Of a stretch of DNA of 64,000 nucleotides, positions 15,505-30,700 are shown one piece after another. Location: contig OZ024741.1 in assembly GCA_964016885.1 (NCBI GenBank), forward strand, positions 415,772,001 to 415,836,000, read 5' to 3'. Made by a program: the position numbers and the translations under genes. Origin of the DNA: Eledone cirrhosa. Lineage: Eukaryota. A model generated the notes under the pieces. The model was not told where the DNA came from. It ran no database searches and saw nothing but the letters and a program-made list of their open reading frames with translations. Within the stretch, counting starts at the first letter, position 1. Each line of letters begins with the position of its first letter.

Positions 15505-18500
15505 GGGGTATGTTATATTAACTGGGGTCTCTGTTATATTAACTGGGGTATATTATATTAACTGGGGTCTCTGTTATATTAACTGGGGCCTCTGTTATAT
15601 TAACTGGGGCCTCTGTTATATTAAATGGGGTCTCTGTTATATTAACTGGGGTCTCTGTTATAGTAACTGGGGTCTCTGTTATATTAACTGGGGCCTCTGT
15701 TATATTAACTGGGGCCTCTGTTATATTAACTGGGGCCTCTGTTATATTAAATGGGGTCTCTGTTATATTAACTGGCGCCTCTGTTATATTAACTGGGGTA
15801 TGTTATATTAACTGGGGTCTCTGTAATATTAACTGGGGTCTCTATTATATTAACTGGGGTCTCTGTTATATTAACTGGGGTCTCTGTTATATTAACTGGG
15901 GTCTCTGTAATATTAACTGGGGTCTCTATTATATTAACTGGGTTCTCTGTTATATTAACTGGGGCCTCTGTTATATTAACTGGGGTCTCTGTTATATTAA
16001 CTGGGGTCTCTGTTATATTAACTGGAATCGCTGTTATATTAACTGGGGCCTCTGTTATATTAACTGGGGTCTCTGTTATATTAACTGGGGTCTCTGTTAT
16101 ATTAACTGGGGCCTCAGTTATATTAACTGGGCTCTCTGTTTTATTAACTGGGGTCTCTGTTATATTAACTGAAGTCTCTGTTATATTAACTGGGGTCTCT
16201 GTTATGTTAACTGAGGTCTCTGTTATATTAACTGGGGTCTCTATAATATTAACTGGGGTCTCTGTTATATTAACTGGGGTCTCTGTTATATTAACTGGTG
16301 TATGTTATATTAACTGGGGTCTCTGTTATATTAACTGGGTTCTCTGTTATATTAACTGGGGTATGTTATATTAACTGGGGTCTCTGTTATATTAACTGGG
16401 GTCTCTGTTATATTAACTGGGGTATGTTATATTAACTGGGGTCCCTGTAATATTAACTGGGGCCTCTGTTATATTAACTGGGGCCTCTGTTATATTAAAT
16501 GGGGTCTCTGTTATATTAGCTGGGGCCTCTGTTATATTAACTGGGGTCTCTGTTACATTAAATGGGGTCTCTGTATATTAACTGGGGCCTCTGTAATATT
16601 AACTGGGGTCTGTTATATTAACTGGGGTCTCTGTTATATTAACTGGGGTCTCTGTTATATTAACTGGGGTCTCTATTACATTAACTAGGGTCTCTGTTAT
16701 ATTAACTGGGGCCTCTGTTATATTAACTGGGGCCTCTGTTATATTAAATGGGGTCTCTGTTATATTAACTGGCGCCTCTGTTATATGAACTGGGGCCTCT
16801 GTTATATTAACTGGGGCCTCTGTTATATTAACTGGGGTCTCTGATATATTAACTAGGGTCTCTGTTATATTAAATGGGGTCTCTGTTATATTAACTGGGG
16901 TCTCTGTTATATTAACTGGTGCCTCTGTTATATTAACTGGGGTCTCTGTTATATTAACTGGGGCCTCTGTTATATTAACTGGGGTCTCTGTTATATTAAC
17001 TGGGGTATGTTATATTAACTGGGGTCTCTGTAATATTAACTGGGGTCTCTATTATATTAACTGGGGTCTCTGTTATATTAACTGGGGCCTCTGTTATATT
17101 AACTGGGGCCTCTGTTATATTAACTGGGGTCTCTGTTATATTAACTAGGGTCTCTGTTATATTAAATGGGGTCTCTGTTATATTAACTGGGGTCTCTGTT
17201 ATATTAACTGGTGCCTCTGTTATATTAACTGGGGTCTCTGTTATATTAACTGGGGCCTCTGTTATATTAACTGGGGCCTCTGTTATATTAACTGGGGTCT
17301 CTGTTATATTAACTGGGGTCTCTGTTATATTAACTGGGGTATGTTATATTAACTGGGGTCTCTGTTATATTAACTGGGGCCACTGTTATATTAACTGGGG
17401 CCTCTGTTATATTAACTGGGGCCTCTGTTATATTAAATGGGGTCTCTGATATATTAACTGGGGTCTCTGTTATATTAACTGGGCCCTCTGTTATATTAAC
17501 TGGGGCCTCTGTTATATTAACTGGGGCCTCTGTTATATTAAATGGGGTCTCTGTTATATAAACTGGCGCCTCTGTTATATTAACTGGGGCCTCTGTTATA
17601 TTAACTGGGGCCTCTATTATATTAACTGGGGTCTCTGTTATATTAACTAGGGTCTCTGTTATATTAAATGGGGTCTCTGTTATATTAACTGGGGTTTCTG
17701 TTATATTAACTGGGGTCTCTGTTATATTAACTGGTGCCTCTGTTATATTAACTGGGGTCTCTGTAATATTAACTGGGGTCTCTATTATATTAACTGGGGT
17801 GTCTGTTATATTAACTGGGGCCTCTGTTATATTAATTGGGGTCTCTGTTATATTAACTGGGGCCTCTGTTATATTAACTGGGGCCTCTGTTATATTAACT
17901 GGGGCCTCCATTATATTAACTGGGGTCTCTGTTATATTAACTAGGGTCTCTGTTATCTTAAATGGGGTTTCTGTTATATTAACGGGGGTCTCTGTTATAT
18001 TAACTGGTGCCTCTGTTATATTAACTGGGGTCTCTGTTATATTAACTGGGGCCTCTGTTATATTAACTGGGGTCTCTGTTATATTAACTGGGGCCTCTGT
18101 TATATTAACTGGGCTCTCTGTTTTATTAACTGGGGTCTCTGTTATATTAACTGAGGTCTCTGTTATATTAACTGGGGTCTCTGTTATATTAACTGAGGTC
18201 TCTGTAATATTAACTCGGGCCTCTGTTATATTAACTGGGGCCTCTGTTATATTAAATGGGGTCTCTGATATATTAACTGGGTTCTCTGTTATATTAACTG
18301 GGGTATGTTATACTAACTGGGGTCTCTGTTATATTAACTGGGGTATATTATATTAACTGGGGTCTCTGTTATATTAACTGGGGCCTCTGTTATATTAACT
18401 GGGGCCTCTGTTATATTAACTGGGGCCTCTGTTATATTAACTGGGGCCTCTGTTATATTAACTGGGGTATGTTATATTAACTGGGGTCTCTGTTATATTA

Positions 18501-21422
18501 ACTGGGGTATATTATATTAACTGGGGTCTCTGTTATATTAACTGGGGCCTCTGTTATATTAACTGGGGCCTCTGTTATATTAAATGGGGTCTCTGTTATA
18601 TTAACTGGGGTCTCTGTTATATTAACTGGGGTCTCTGTTATATTAACTGGGGCCTCTGTTATATTAACTGGGGCCTCTGTTATATTAACTGGGGCCTCTG
18701 TTATATTAAATGGGGTCTCTGTTATATTAACTGGTGCCTCTGTTATATTAACTGGGGTATGTTATATTAACTGGGGTCTCTGTAATATTAACTGGGGTCT
18801 CTATTATATTAACTGGGGTCTCTGTTATATTAACTGGGGTCTCTGTTATATTAACTGGGGTCTCTGTAATATTAACTGGGGTCTCTATTATATTAACTGG
18901 GTTCTCTGTTATATTAACTGGGGCCTCTGTTATATTAACTGGGGTCTCTGTTATATTAACTGGGGTCTCTGTTATATTAACTGGAATCGCTGTTATATTA
19001 ACTGGGGCCTCTGTTATATTAACTGGGGTCTCTGTTATATTAACTGGGGTCTCTGTTATATTAACTGGGGCCTCAGTTATATTAACTGGGCTCTCTGTTT
19101 TATTAACTGGGGTCTCTGTTATATTAACTGAAGTCTCTGTTATATTAACTGGGGTCTCTGTTATGTTAACTGAGGTCTCTGTTATATTAACTGGGGTCTC
19201 TATAATATTAACTGGGGTCTCTGTTATATTAACTGGGGTCTCTGTTATATTAACTGGTGTATGTTATATTAACTGGGGTCTCTGTTATATTAACTGGGTT
19301 CTCTGTTATATTAACTGGGTTATGTTATATTAACTGGGGTCTCTGTTATATTAACTGGGGTCTCTGTTATATTAACTGGGGTATGTTATATTAACTGGGG
19401 TCCCTGTAATATTAACTGGGGCCTCTGTTATATTAACTGGGGCCTCTGTTATATTAAATGGGGTCTCTGTTATATTAGCTGGGGCCTCTGTTATATTAAC
19501 TGGGGTCTCTGTTACATTAAATGGGGTCTCTGTATATTAACTGGGGCCTCTGTAATATTAACTGGGGTCTGTTATATTAACTGGGGTCTCTGTTATATTA
19601 ACTGGGGTCTCTGTTATATTAACTGGGGTCTCTATTACATTAACTAGGGTCTCTGTTATATTAACTGGGGCCTCTGTTATATTAACTGGGGCCTCTGTTA
19701 TATTAAATGGGGTCTCTGTTATATTAACTGGCGCCTCTGTTATATTAACTGGGGCCTCTGTTATATTAACTGGGGCCTCTGTTATATTAACTGGGGTCTC
19801 TGATATATTAACTAGGGTCTCTGTTATATTAAATGGGGTCTCTGTTATATTAACTGGGGTCTCTGTTATATTAACTGGTGCCTCTGTTATATTAACTGGG
19901 GTCTCTGTTATATTAACTGGGGCCTCTGTTATATTAACTGGGGTCTCTGTTATATTAACTGGGGTATGTTATATTAACTGGGGTCTCTGTAATATTAACT
20001 GGGGTCTCTATTATATTAACTGGGGTCTCTGTTATATTAACTGGGGCCTCTGTTATATTAACTGGGGCCTCTGTTATATTAACTGGGGTCTCTGTTATAT
20101 TAACTAGGGTCTCTGTTATATTAAATGGGGTCTCTGTTATATTAACTGGGGTCTCTGTTATATTAACTGGTGCCTCTGTTATATTAACTGGGGTCTCTGT
20201 TATATTAACTGGGGCCTCTGTTATATTAACTGGGGCCTCTGTTATATTAACTGGGGTCTCTGTTATATTAACTGGGGTCTCTGTTATATTAACTGGGGTA
20301 TGTTATATTAACTGGGGTCTCTGTTATATTAACTGGGGCCACTGTTATATTAACTGGGGCCTCTGTTATATTAACTGGGGCCTCTGTTATATTAAATGGG
20401 GTCTCTGATATATTAACTGGGGTCTCTGTTATATTAACTGGGCCCTCTGTTATATTAACTGGGGCCTCTGTTATATTAACTGGGGCCTCTGTTATATTAA
20501 ATGGGGTCTCTGTTATATTAACTGGCGCCTCTGTTATATTAACTGGGGCCTCTGTTATATTAACTGGGGCCTCTATTATATTAACTGGGGTCTCTGTTAT
20601 ATTAACTAGGGTCTCTGTTATATTAAATGGGGTCTCTGTTATATTAACTGGGGTTTCTGTTATATTAACTGGGGTCTCTGTTATATTAACTGGTGCCTCT
20701 GTTATATTAACTGGGGTCTCTGTAATATTAACTGGGGTCTCTATTATATTAACTGGGGTGTCTGTTATATTAACTGGGGCCTCTGTTATATTAATTGGGG
20801 TCTCTGTTATATTAACTGGGGCCTCTGTTATATTAACTGGGGCCTCTGTTATATTAACTGGGGCCTCCATTATATTAACTGGGGTCTCTGTTATATTAAC
20901 TAGGGTCTCTGTTATCTTAAATGGGGTTTCTGTTATATTAACGGGGGTCTCTGTTATATTAACTGGTGCCTCTGTTATATTAACTGGGGTCTCTGTTATA
21001 TTAACTGGGGCCTCTGTTATATTAACTGGGGTCTCTGTTATATTAACTGGGGCCTCTGTTATATTAACTGGGCTCTCTGTTTTATTAACTGGGGTCTCTG
21101 TTATATTAACTGAGGTCTCTGTTATATTAACTGGGGTCTCTGTTATATTAACTGAGGTCTCTGTAATATTAACTCGGGCCTCTGTTATATTAACTGGGGC
21201 CTCTGTTATATTAAATGGGGTCTCTGATATATTAACTGGGTTCTCTGTTATATTAACTGGGGTATGTTATACTAACTGGGGTCTCTGTTATATTAACTGG
21301 GGTATATTATATTAACTGGGGTCTCTGTTATATTAACTGGGGCCTCTGTTATATTAACTGGGGCCTCTGTTATATTAACTGGGGCCTCTGTTATATTAAC
21401 TGGGGCCTCTGTTATATTAACT
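15505..21422 (+). repeat. 2,959-bp tandem duplication (15505-18463 / 18464-21422)
   Basis: GGAATCGC 16024/18983, AATTGGGG 17834/20793 and ORF starts 17330/20289 and 17799/20758 are all offset by 2959. Confidence 0.88.
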
Positions 21423-24400
21423 GGGGTCTCTGTTATATTAACTGGGGCCTCTGTTATATTAACTGGGGTCTCTGTTATATTAACTGGTGCCTCTGTTATA
21501 TTAACTGGGGTCTCTGTAATATTAACTGGGGTCTCCATTATATTAACTGGGGTGTCTGTTATATTAACTGGGGCCTCTGTTATATTAACTGGGGTCTCTG
21601 TTATATTAACTGGGGCCTCTGTTATATTAACTGGGCTCTCTGTTTTATTAACTGGGGTCTCTGTTATATTAACTGAGGTCTCTGTTATATTAACTGGGGT
21701 CTCTGTTATATTAACTGACGTCTCTGTTATATTAACTGGGGTCTCTATTATATTAACTGGGGTCTCTGTTCTATTAACTGAGGTCTCTGTTATATTAACT
21801 GGGGTATGTTATATTAACTGGGGTCTCTGTTATATTAACTGGGTTCTCTGTTATATTAACTGGGGTATGTTATATTAACTGGGGTCTCTGTTATATTAAC
21901 TGGGGTCTCTGTTATATTAACTGGGGTATGTTATATTAACTGGGGTCTCTGTAATATTAACTCGGGCCTCTGTTATATTAACTGGGGCCTCTGTTATATT
22001 AAATGGGGTCTCTGATATATTAACTGGGTTCTCTGTTATATTAACTGGGGTATGTTATATTAACTGGGGTCTCTGTTATATTAACTGGGGTATATTATAT
22101 TAACTGGGGTCTCTGTTATATTAACTGGGGCCTCTGTTATATTAACTGGGGCCTCTGTTATATTAACTGGGGCCTCTGTTATATTAAATGAAGTCTCTGT
22201 TATATTAACTGGGGTCTCTGTTATATTAACTGGGGTCTCTGTTATATTAACTGGGGCCTCTGTTATATTAACTGGGGCCTCTGTTATATTAACTGGGGCC
22301 TCTGTTATATTAAATGGGGTCTCTGTTATATTAACTGGCGCCTCTGTTATATTAACTGGGGTATGTTATATTAACTGGGGTCTCTGTAATATTAACTGGG
22401 GTCTCTATTATATTAACTGGGGTCTCTGTTATATTAACTGGGGTCTCTGTTATATTAACTGGGGTCTCTGTAATATTAACTGGGGTCTCTATTATATTAA
22501 CTGGGTTCTCTGTTATATTAACTGGGGCCTCTGTTATATTAACTGGGGTCTCTGTTATATTAACTGGGGTCTCTGTTATATTAACTGGAATCGCTGTTAT
22601 ATTAACTGGGGCCTCTGTTATATTAACTGGGGTCTCTGTTATATTAACTGGGGTCTCTGTTATATTAACTGGGGCCTCAGTTATATTAACTGGGCTCTCT
22701 GTTTTATTAACTGGGGTCTCTGTTATATTAACTGAAGTCTCTGTTATATTAACTGGGGTCTCTGTTATGTTAACTGATGTCTCTGTTATATTAACTGGGG
22801 TCTCTATTATATTAACTGGGGTCTCTGTTATATTAACTGGGGTCTCTGTTATATTAACTGGTGTATGTTATATTAACTGGGGTCTCTGTTATATTAACTG
22901 GGTTCTCTGTTATATTAACTGGGGTATGTTATATTAACTGGGGTCTCTGTTATATTAACTGGGGTCTCTGTTATATTAACTGGGGTATGTTATATTAACT
23001 GGGGTCCCTGTAATATTAACTGGGGCCTCTGTTATATTAACTGGGGCCTCTGTTATATTAAATGGGGTCTCTGTTATATTACCTGGGGCCTCTGTTATAT
23101 TAACTGGGGTCTCTGTTACATTAAATGGGGTCTCTGTATATTAACTGGGGCCTCTGTAATATTAACTGGGGTCTGTTATATTAACTGGGGTCTCTGTTAT
23201 ATTAACTGGGGTCTCTGTTATATTAACTGGGGTCTCTATTACATTAACTAGGGTCTCTGTTATATTAACTGGGGCCTCTGTTATATTAACTGGGGCCTCT
23301 GTTATATTAAATGGGGTCTCTGTTATATTAACTGGCGCCTCTGTTATATTAACTGGGGCCTCTGTTATATTAACTGGGGCCTCTGTTATATTAACTGGGG
23401 TCTCTGATATATTAACTAGGGTCTCTGTTATATTAAATGGGGTCTCTGTTATATTAACTGGGGTCTCTGTTATATTAACTGGTGCCTCTGTTATATTAAC
23501 TGGGGTCTCTGTTATATTAACTGGGGCCTCTGTTATATTAACTGGGGTCTCTGTTATATTAACTGGGGTATGTTATATTAACTGGGGTCTCTGTAATATT
23601 AACTGGGGTCTCTATTATATTAACTGGGGTCTCTGTTATATTAACTGGGGCCTCTGTTATATTAACTGGGGCCTCTGTTATATTAACTGGGGTCTCTGTT
23701 ATATTAACTAGGGTCTCTGTTATATTAAATGGGGTCTCTGTTATATTAACTGGGGTCTCTGTTATATTAACTGGTGCCTCTGTTATATTAACTGGGGTCT
23801 CTGTTATATTAACTGGGGCCTCTGTTATATTAACTGGGGCCTCTGTTATATTAACTGGGGTCTCTGTTATATTAACTGGGGTCTCTGTTATATTAACTGG
23901 GGTATGTTATATTAACTGGGGTCTCTGTTATATTAACTGGGGCCACTGTTATATTAACTGGGGCCTCTGTTATATTAACTGGGGCCTCTGTTATATTAAA
24001 TGGGGTCTCTGATATATTAACTGGGGTCTCTGTTATATTAACTGGGCCCTCTGTTATATTAACTGGGGCCTCTGTTATATTAACTGGGGCCTCTGTTATA
24101 TTAAATGGGGTCTCTGTTATATAAACTGGCGCCTCTGTTATATTAACTGGGGCCTCTGTTATATTAACTGGGGCCTCTATTATATTAACTGGGGTCTCTG
24201 TTATATTAACTAGGGTCTCTGTTATATTAAATGGGGTCTCTGTTATATTAACTGGGGTCTCTGTTATATTAACTGGTGCCTCTGTTATATTAACTGGGGT
24301 CTCTGTTATATTAACTGGGGCCTCTGTTATATTAACTGGGGCCTCTGTTATATTAACTGGGGTCTCTGCTATATTAACTGGGGTCTCTGTTATATTAACT

Positions 24401-27400
24401 GGGGTATGTTATATTAACTGGGGTCTCTGTAATATTAACTGGGGTCTCTATTATATTAACTGGGGTCTCTGTTATATTAACTGGGGCCCCTGTTATATTA
24501 ACTGGGGCCTCTGTTATATTAACTGGGGTCTCTGTTATATTAACTAGGGTCTCTGTTATATTAAATGGGGTCTCTGTTATATTAACTGGGGTTTCTGTTA
24601 TATTAACTGGTGCCTCTGTTATATTAACTGGGGTCTCTGTTATATTAACTGGGGTCTCTGTTATATTAACTGGGGCCTCTGTTATATTAACTGGGGTCTC
24701 TGTTATATTAACTGGGGCCTCTGTTATATTAACTGGGGTCTCTGTTATATTAACTGGTGCCTCTGTTATATTAACTGGGGTCTCTGTAATATTAACTGGG
24801 GTCTCTATTATATTAACTGGGGTGTCTGTTATATTAACTGAGGCCTCTGTTATATTAACTGGGGTCTCTGTTATATTAACTGGGGCCTCTGTTATATTAA
24901 CTGGGGCCTCTGTTATATTAACTGGGGCCTCCATTATATTAACTGGGGTCTCTGTTATATTAACTGGGGTCTCTGTTATCTTAAATGGGGTTTCTGTTAT
25001 ATTAACGGGGGTCTCTGTTATATTAACTGGTGCCTCTGTTATATTAACTGGGGTCTCTGTTATATTAACTGGGGCCTCTGTTATATTAACTGGGGTCTCT
25101 GTTATATTAACTGGGGCCTCTGTTATATTAACTGGGCTCTCTGTTTTATTAACTGGGGTCTCTGTTATATTAACTGAGGTCTCTGTTATATTAACTGGGG
25201 TCTCTGTTATATTAACTGAGGTCTCTGTAATATTAACTCGGGCCTCTGTTATATTAACTGGGGCCTCTGTTATATTAAATGGGGTCTCTGATATATTAAC
25301 TGGGTTCTCTGTTATATTAACTGGGGTATGTTATATTACCTGGGGTCTCTGTTATATTAACTGGGTATATTATATTAACTGGGGTCTCTGTTATATTAAC
25401 TGGGGCCTCTGTTATATTAACTGGGGCCACTGTTATATTAACTGGGGCCTCTGTTATATTAAATGGGGTCTCTGTTATATTAACTGGGGTCTCTGTTATA
25501 TTAACTGGGGTCTCTGTTATATTAACTGGGGCCTCTGTTATATTAACTGGGGCCTCTGTTATATTAAATGGGGTCTCTGTTATATTAACTGGCGCCTCTG
25601 TTATATTAACTGGGGTATGTTATATTAACTGGGGTCTCTGTAATATTAACTGGGGTCTCTATTATATTAACTGGGGTCTCTGTTATATTAACTGGGGTCT
25701 CTGTTATATTAACTGGGGTCTCTGTAATATTAACTGGGGTCTCTATTATATTAACTGGGTTCTCTGTTATATTAACTGGGGCCTCTGTTATATTAACTGG
25801 GGTCTCTGTTATATTAACTGGGGTCTCTGTTATATTAACTGGAATCGCTGTTATATTAACTGGGGCCTCTGTTATATTAACTGGGGTCTCTGGTATATTA
25901 ACTGGGGTCTCTGTTATATTAACTGGGGCCTCTGTTATATTAACTGGGCTCTCTGTTTTATTAACTGGGGTCTCTGTTATATTAACTGAAGTCTCTGTTA
26001 TATTAACTGGGGTCTCTGTTATGTTAACTGAGGTCTCTGTTATATTAACTGGGGTCTCTATTATATTAACTGGGGTCTCTGTTATATTAACTGGGGTCTC
26101 TGTTATATTAACTGGGGTATGTTATATTAACTGGGGTCTCTGTTATATTAACTGGGTTCTCTGTTATATTAACTGGGGTATGTTATATTAACTCGGGTCT
26201 CTGTTATATTAACTGGGGTCTCTGTTATATTAACTGGGGTATGTTATATTAACTGGGGTCCCTGTAATATTTACTGGGGCCTCTGTTATATTAACTGGGG
26301 CCTCTGTTATATTAAATGGGGTCTCTGTTATATTAGCTGGGGCCTCTGTTATATTAACTGGGGTCTCTGTTACATTAAATGGGGTCTCTGTATATTAACT
26401 GGGGCCTCTGTAATATTAACTGGGGTCTGTTATATTAACTGGGGTCTCTGTTATATTAACTGGGGTCTCTATTACATTAACTAGGGTCTCTGTTATATTA
26501 ACTGGGGCCTCTGTTATATTAACTGGGGCCTCTGTTATATTAAATGGGGTCTCTGTTATATTAACTGGCGCCTCTGTTATATTAACTGGGGCCTCTGTTA
26601 TATTAACTGGGGCCTCTGTTATATTAACTGGGGTCTCTGATATATTAACAAGGGTCTCTGTTATATTAAATGGGGTCTCTGTTATATTAACTGGGGTCTC
26701 TGTTATACTAACTGGTGCCTCTGTTATATTAACTGGGGTCTCTGTTATATTAACTGGGGCCTCTGTTATATTAACTGGGGTCTCTGTTATATTAACTGGG
26801 GTATGTTATATTAACTGGGGTCTCTGTAATATTAACTGGGGTCTCTATTATATTAACTGGGGTCTCTGTTATATTAACTGGGGCCTCTGTTATATTAACT
26901 GGGGCCTCTGTTATATTAACTGGGGTCTCTGTTATATTAACTAGGGTCTCTGTTATATTAAATGGGGTCTCTGTTATATTAACTGGGGTCTCTGTTATAT
27001 TAACTGGTGCCTCTGTTATATTAACTGGGGTCTCTGTTATATTAACTGGGGCCTCTGTTATATTAACTGGGGCCTCTGTTATATTAACTGGGGTCTCTGT
27101 TATATTAACTGGGGTCTCTGTTATATTAACTATTGTATGTTATATTAACTGGGGTCTCTGTTATATTAACTGGGGCCACTGTTATATTAACTGGGGCCTC
27201 TGTTATATTAACTGGGGCCTCTGTTATATTAAATGGGGTCTCTGATATATTAACTGGGGTCTCTGTTATATTAACTGGGGTCTCTGTTATATTAACTGGT
27301 GCCTCTGTTATATTAACTAGGGTCTCTGTTATATTAACTGGGGCCTCTGTTATATTAACTGGTGCCTCTGTTATATTAACTGGGGTCTCTGTAATATTAA

Positions 27401-27719
27401 CTGGGGTCTCTATTATATTAACTGGGGTGTCTGTTATATTAACTGGGGCCTCTGTTATATTAACTGGGGTCTCTGTTATATTAACTGGGGCTTCTGTTAT
27501 ATCAACTGGGGCCTCTGTTATATTAACTGGGGCCTCCATTATATTAACTGGGGTCTCTGTTATATTAACTGGGGTCTCTGTTATCTTAAATGGGGTTTCT
27601 GTTATATTAACGGGGGTCTCTGTTATATTAACTGGTGCCTCTGTTATATTAACTGGGGTCTCTGTTATATTAACTGGGGCCTCTGTTATATTAACTGGGG
27701 TCTCTGTTATATTAACTGG

Positions 27720-30700
27720 GGCCTCTGTTATATTAACTGGGCTCTCTGTTTTATTAACTGGGGTCTCTGTTATATTAACTGAGGTCTCTGTTATATTAAC
27801 TGGGGTCTCTGTTATATTAACTGAGGTCTCTGTAATATTAACTCGGGCCTCTGTTATATTAACTGGGGCCTCTGTTATATTAAATGGGGTCTCTGATATA
27901 TTAACTGGGTTCTCTGTTATATTAACTGGGGTATGTTATATTAACTGGGGTCTCTGTTATATTAACTGGGGTATATTATATTAACTGGGGTCTCTGTTAT
28001 ATTAACTGGGGCCTCTGTTATATTAACTGGGGCCTCTGTTATATTAACTGGGGCCTCTGTTATATTAAATGGGGTCTCTGTTATATTAACTGGGGTCTCT
28101 GTTATATTAACTGGGGTCTCTGTTATATTAACTGGGGCCTCTGTTATATTAACTGGGGCCTCTGTTATATTAACTGGGGCCTCTGTTATATTAAATGGGG
28201 TCTCTGTTATATTAACTGGCGCCTCTGTTATATTAACTGGGGTATGTTATATTAACTGGGGTCTCTGTAATATTAACTGGGGTCTCTATTATATTAACTG
28301 GGGTCTCTGTTATATTAACTGGTTTCTCTGTTATATTAACTGGGGTCTCTGTAATATTAACTGGGGTCTCTATTATATTAACTGGGTTCTCTGTTATATT
28401 AACTGGGGCCTCTGTTATATTAACTGGGGTCTCTGTTATATTAACTGGGGTCTCTGTTATATTAACTGGAATCGCTGTTATATTAACTGGGGCCTCTGTT
28501 ATATTAACTGGGGTCTCTGTTATATTAACTGGGGTCTCTGTTATATTAACTGGGGCCTCTGTTATATTAACTGGGCTCTCTATTTTATTAACTGGGGTCT
28601 CTGTTATATTAACTGAAGTCTCTGTTATATTAACTGGGGTCTCTGTTATGTTAACTGAGGTCTCTGTTATATTAACTGGGGTCTCTATTATATTAACTGG
28701 GGTCTCTGTTATATTAACTGGGGTCTCTGTTATATTAACTGGGGTATGTTATATTAACTGGGGTCTCTGTTATATTAACTGGGTTCTCTGTTATATTAAC
28801 TGGGGTATGTTATATTAACTGGGGTCTCTGTTATATTAACTGGGGTCTCTGTTATATTAACTGGGGTATGTTATATTAACTGGGGTCCCTGTAATATTAA
28901 CTGGGGCCTCTGTTATATTAACTGGGGCCTCTGTTATATTAAATGGGGTCTCTGTTATATTAGCTGGGGCCTCTGTTATATTAACTGGGGTCTCTGTTAC
29001 ATTAAATGGGGTCTCTGTATATTAACTGGTGCCTCTGTTATATTAACTGGGGTCTCTGTTATATTAACTGGGGCCTCTGTTATATTAACTGGGGTCTCTG
29101 TTATATTAACTGGGGTATGTTATATTAACTGGGGTCTCTGTAATATTAACTGGGGTCTCTATTATATTAACTGGGGTCTCTGTTATATTAACTGGGGCCT
29201 CTGTTATATTAACTGGGGCCTCTATTATATTAACTGGGGTCTCTGTTATATTAACTAGGGTCTCTGTTATATTAACTGGGGTCTCTGTTATATTAACTGG
29301 GGTCTCTGTTATATTAACTGGGGTCTCTATTACATTAACTAGGGTCTCTGTTATATTAACTGGGGCCTCTGTTATATTAACTGGGGCCTCTGTTATATTA
29401 AATGGGGTCTCTGTTATATTAACTGGCGCCTCTGTTATATTAACTGGGGCCTCTGTTATATTAACTGGGGCCTCTGTTATATTAACTGGGGTCTCTGATA
29501 TATTAACTAGGGTCTCTGTTATATTAAATGGGGTCTCTGTTATATTAACTGGGGTCTCTGTTATATTAACTGGTGCCTCTGTTATATTAACTGGGGTCTC
29601 TGTTATAGTAACTGGGGCCTCTGTTATATTAACTGGGGTCTCTGTTATATTAACTGGGGTATGTTATATTAACTGGGGTCTCTGTAATATTAACTGGGGT
29701 CTCTATTATATTAACTGGGGTCTCTGTTATATTAACTGGGGCCTCTGTTATATTAACTGGGGCCTCTATTATATTAACTGGGGTCTCTGTTATATTAACT
29801 AGGGTCTCTGTTATATTAAATGGGGTCTCTGTTATATTAACTGGGGTCTCTGTTATATTAACTGGTGCCTCTGTTATATTAACTGGGGTCTCTGTTATAT
29901 TAACTGGGGCCTCTGTTATATTAACTGGGGCCTCTGTTATATTAACTGGGGCCTCTGTTATATTAACTGGGCTCTCTGTTTTATTAACTGGGGTCTCTGT
30001 TATATTAACTGAGGTCTCTGTTATATTAACTGGGGTCTCTGTTATATTAACTGAGGTCTCTGTAATATTAACTCGGGCCTCTGTTATATTAACTGGGGCC
30101 TCTGTTATATTAAATGGGGTCTCTGATATATTAACTGGGTTCTCTGTTATATTAACTGGGGTATGTTATATTAACTGGGGTCTCTGTTATATTAACTGGG
30201 GTATATTATATTAACTGGGGTCTCTGTTATATTAACTGGGGCCTCTGTCATATTAACTGGGGCCTCTGTTATATTAACTGGGGCCTCTGTTATATTAAAT
30301 GGGGTCTCTGTTATATTAACCGGGGTCTCTGTTATATTAACTGGGGTCTCTGTTATATTAACTGGGGCCTCTGTTATATTAAATGGGGTCTCTGTTATAT
30401 TAACTGGCGCCTCTGTTATATTAACTGGGGTATGTTATATTAACTGGGGTCTCTGTAATATTAACTGGGGTCTCTATTATATTAACTGGGGTCTCTGTTA
30501 TATTAACTGGTTTCTCTGTTATATTAACTGGGGTCTCTGTAATATTAACTGGGGTCTCTATTATATTAACTGGGTTCTCTGTTATATTAACTGGGGCCTC
30601 TGTTATATTAACTGGGGTCTCTGTTATATTAACTGGGGTCTCTGTTATATTAACTGGAATCGCTGTTATATTAACTGGGGCCTCTGTTATATTAACTGGG

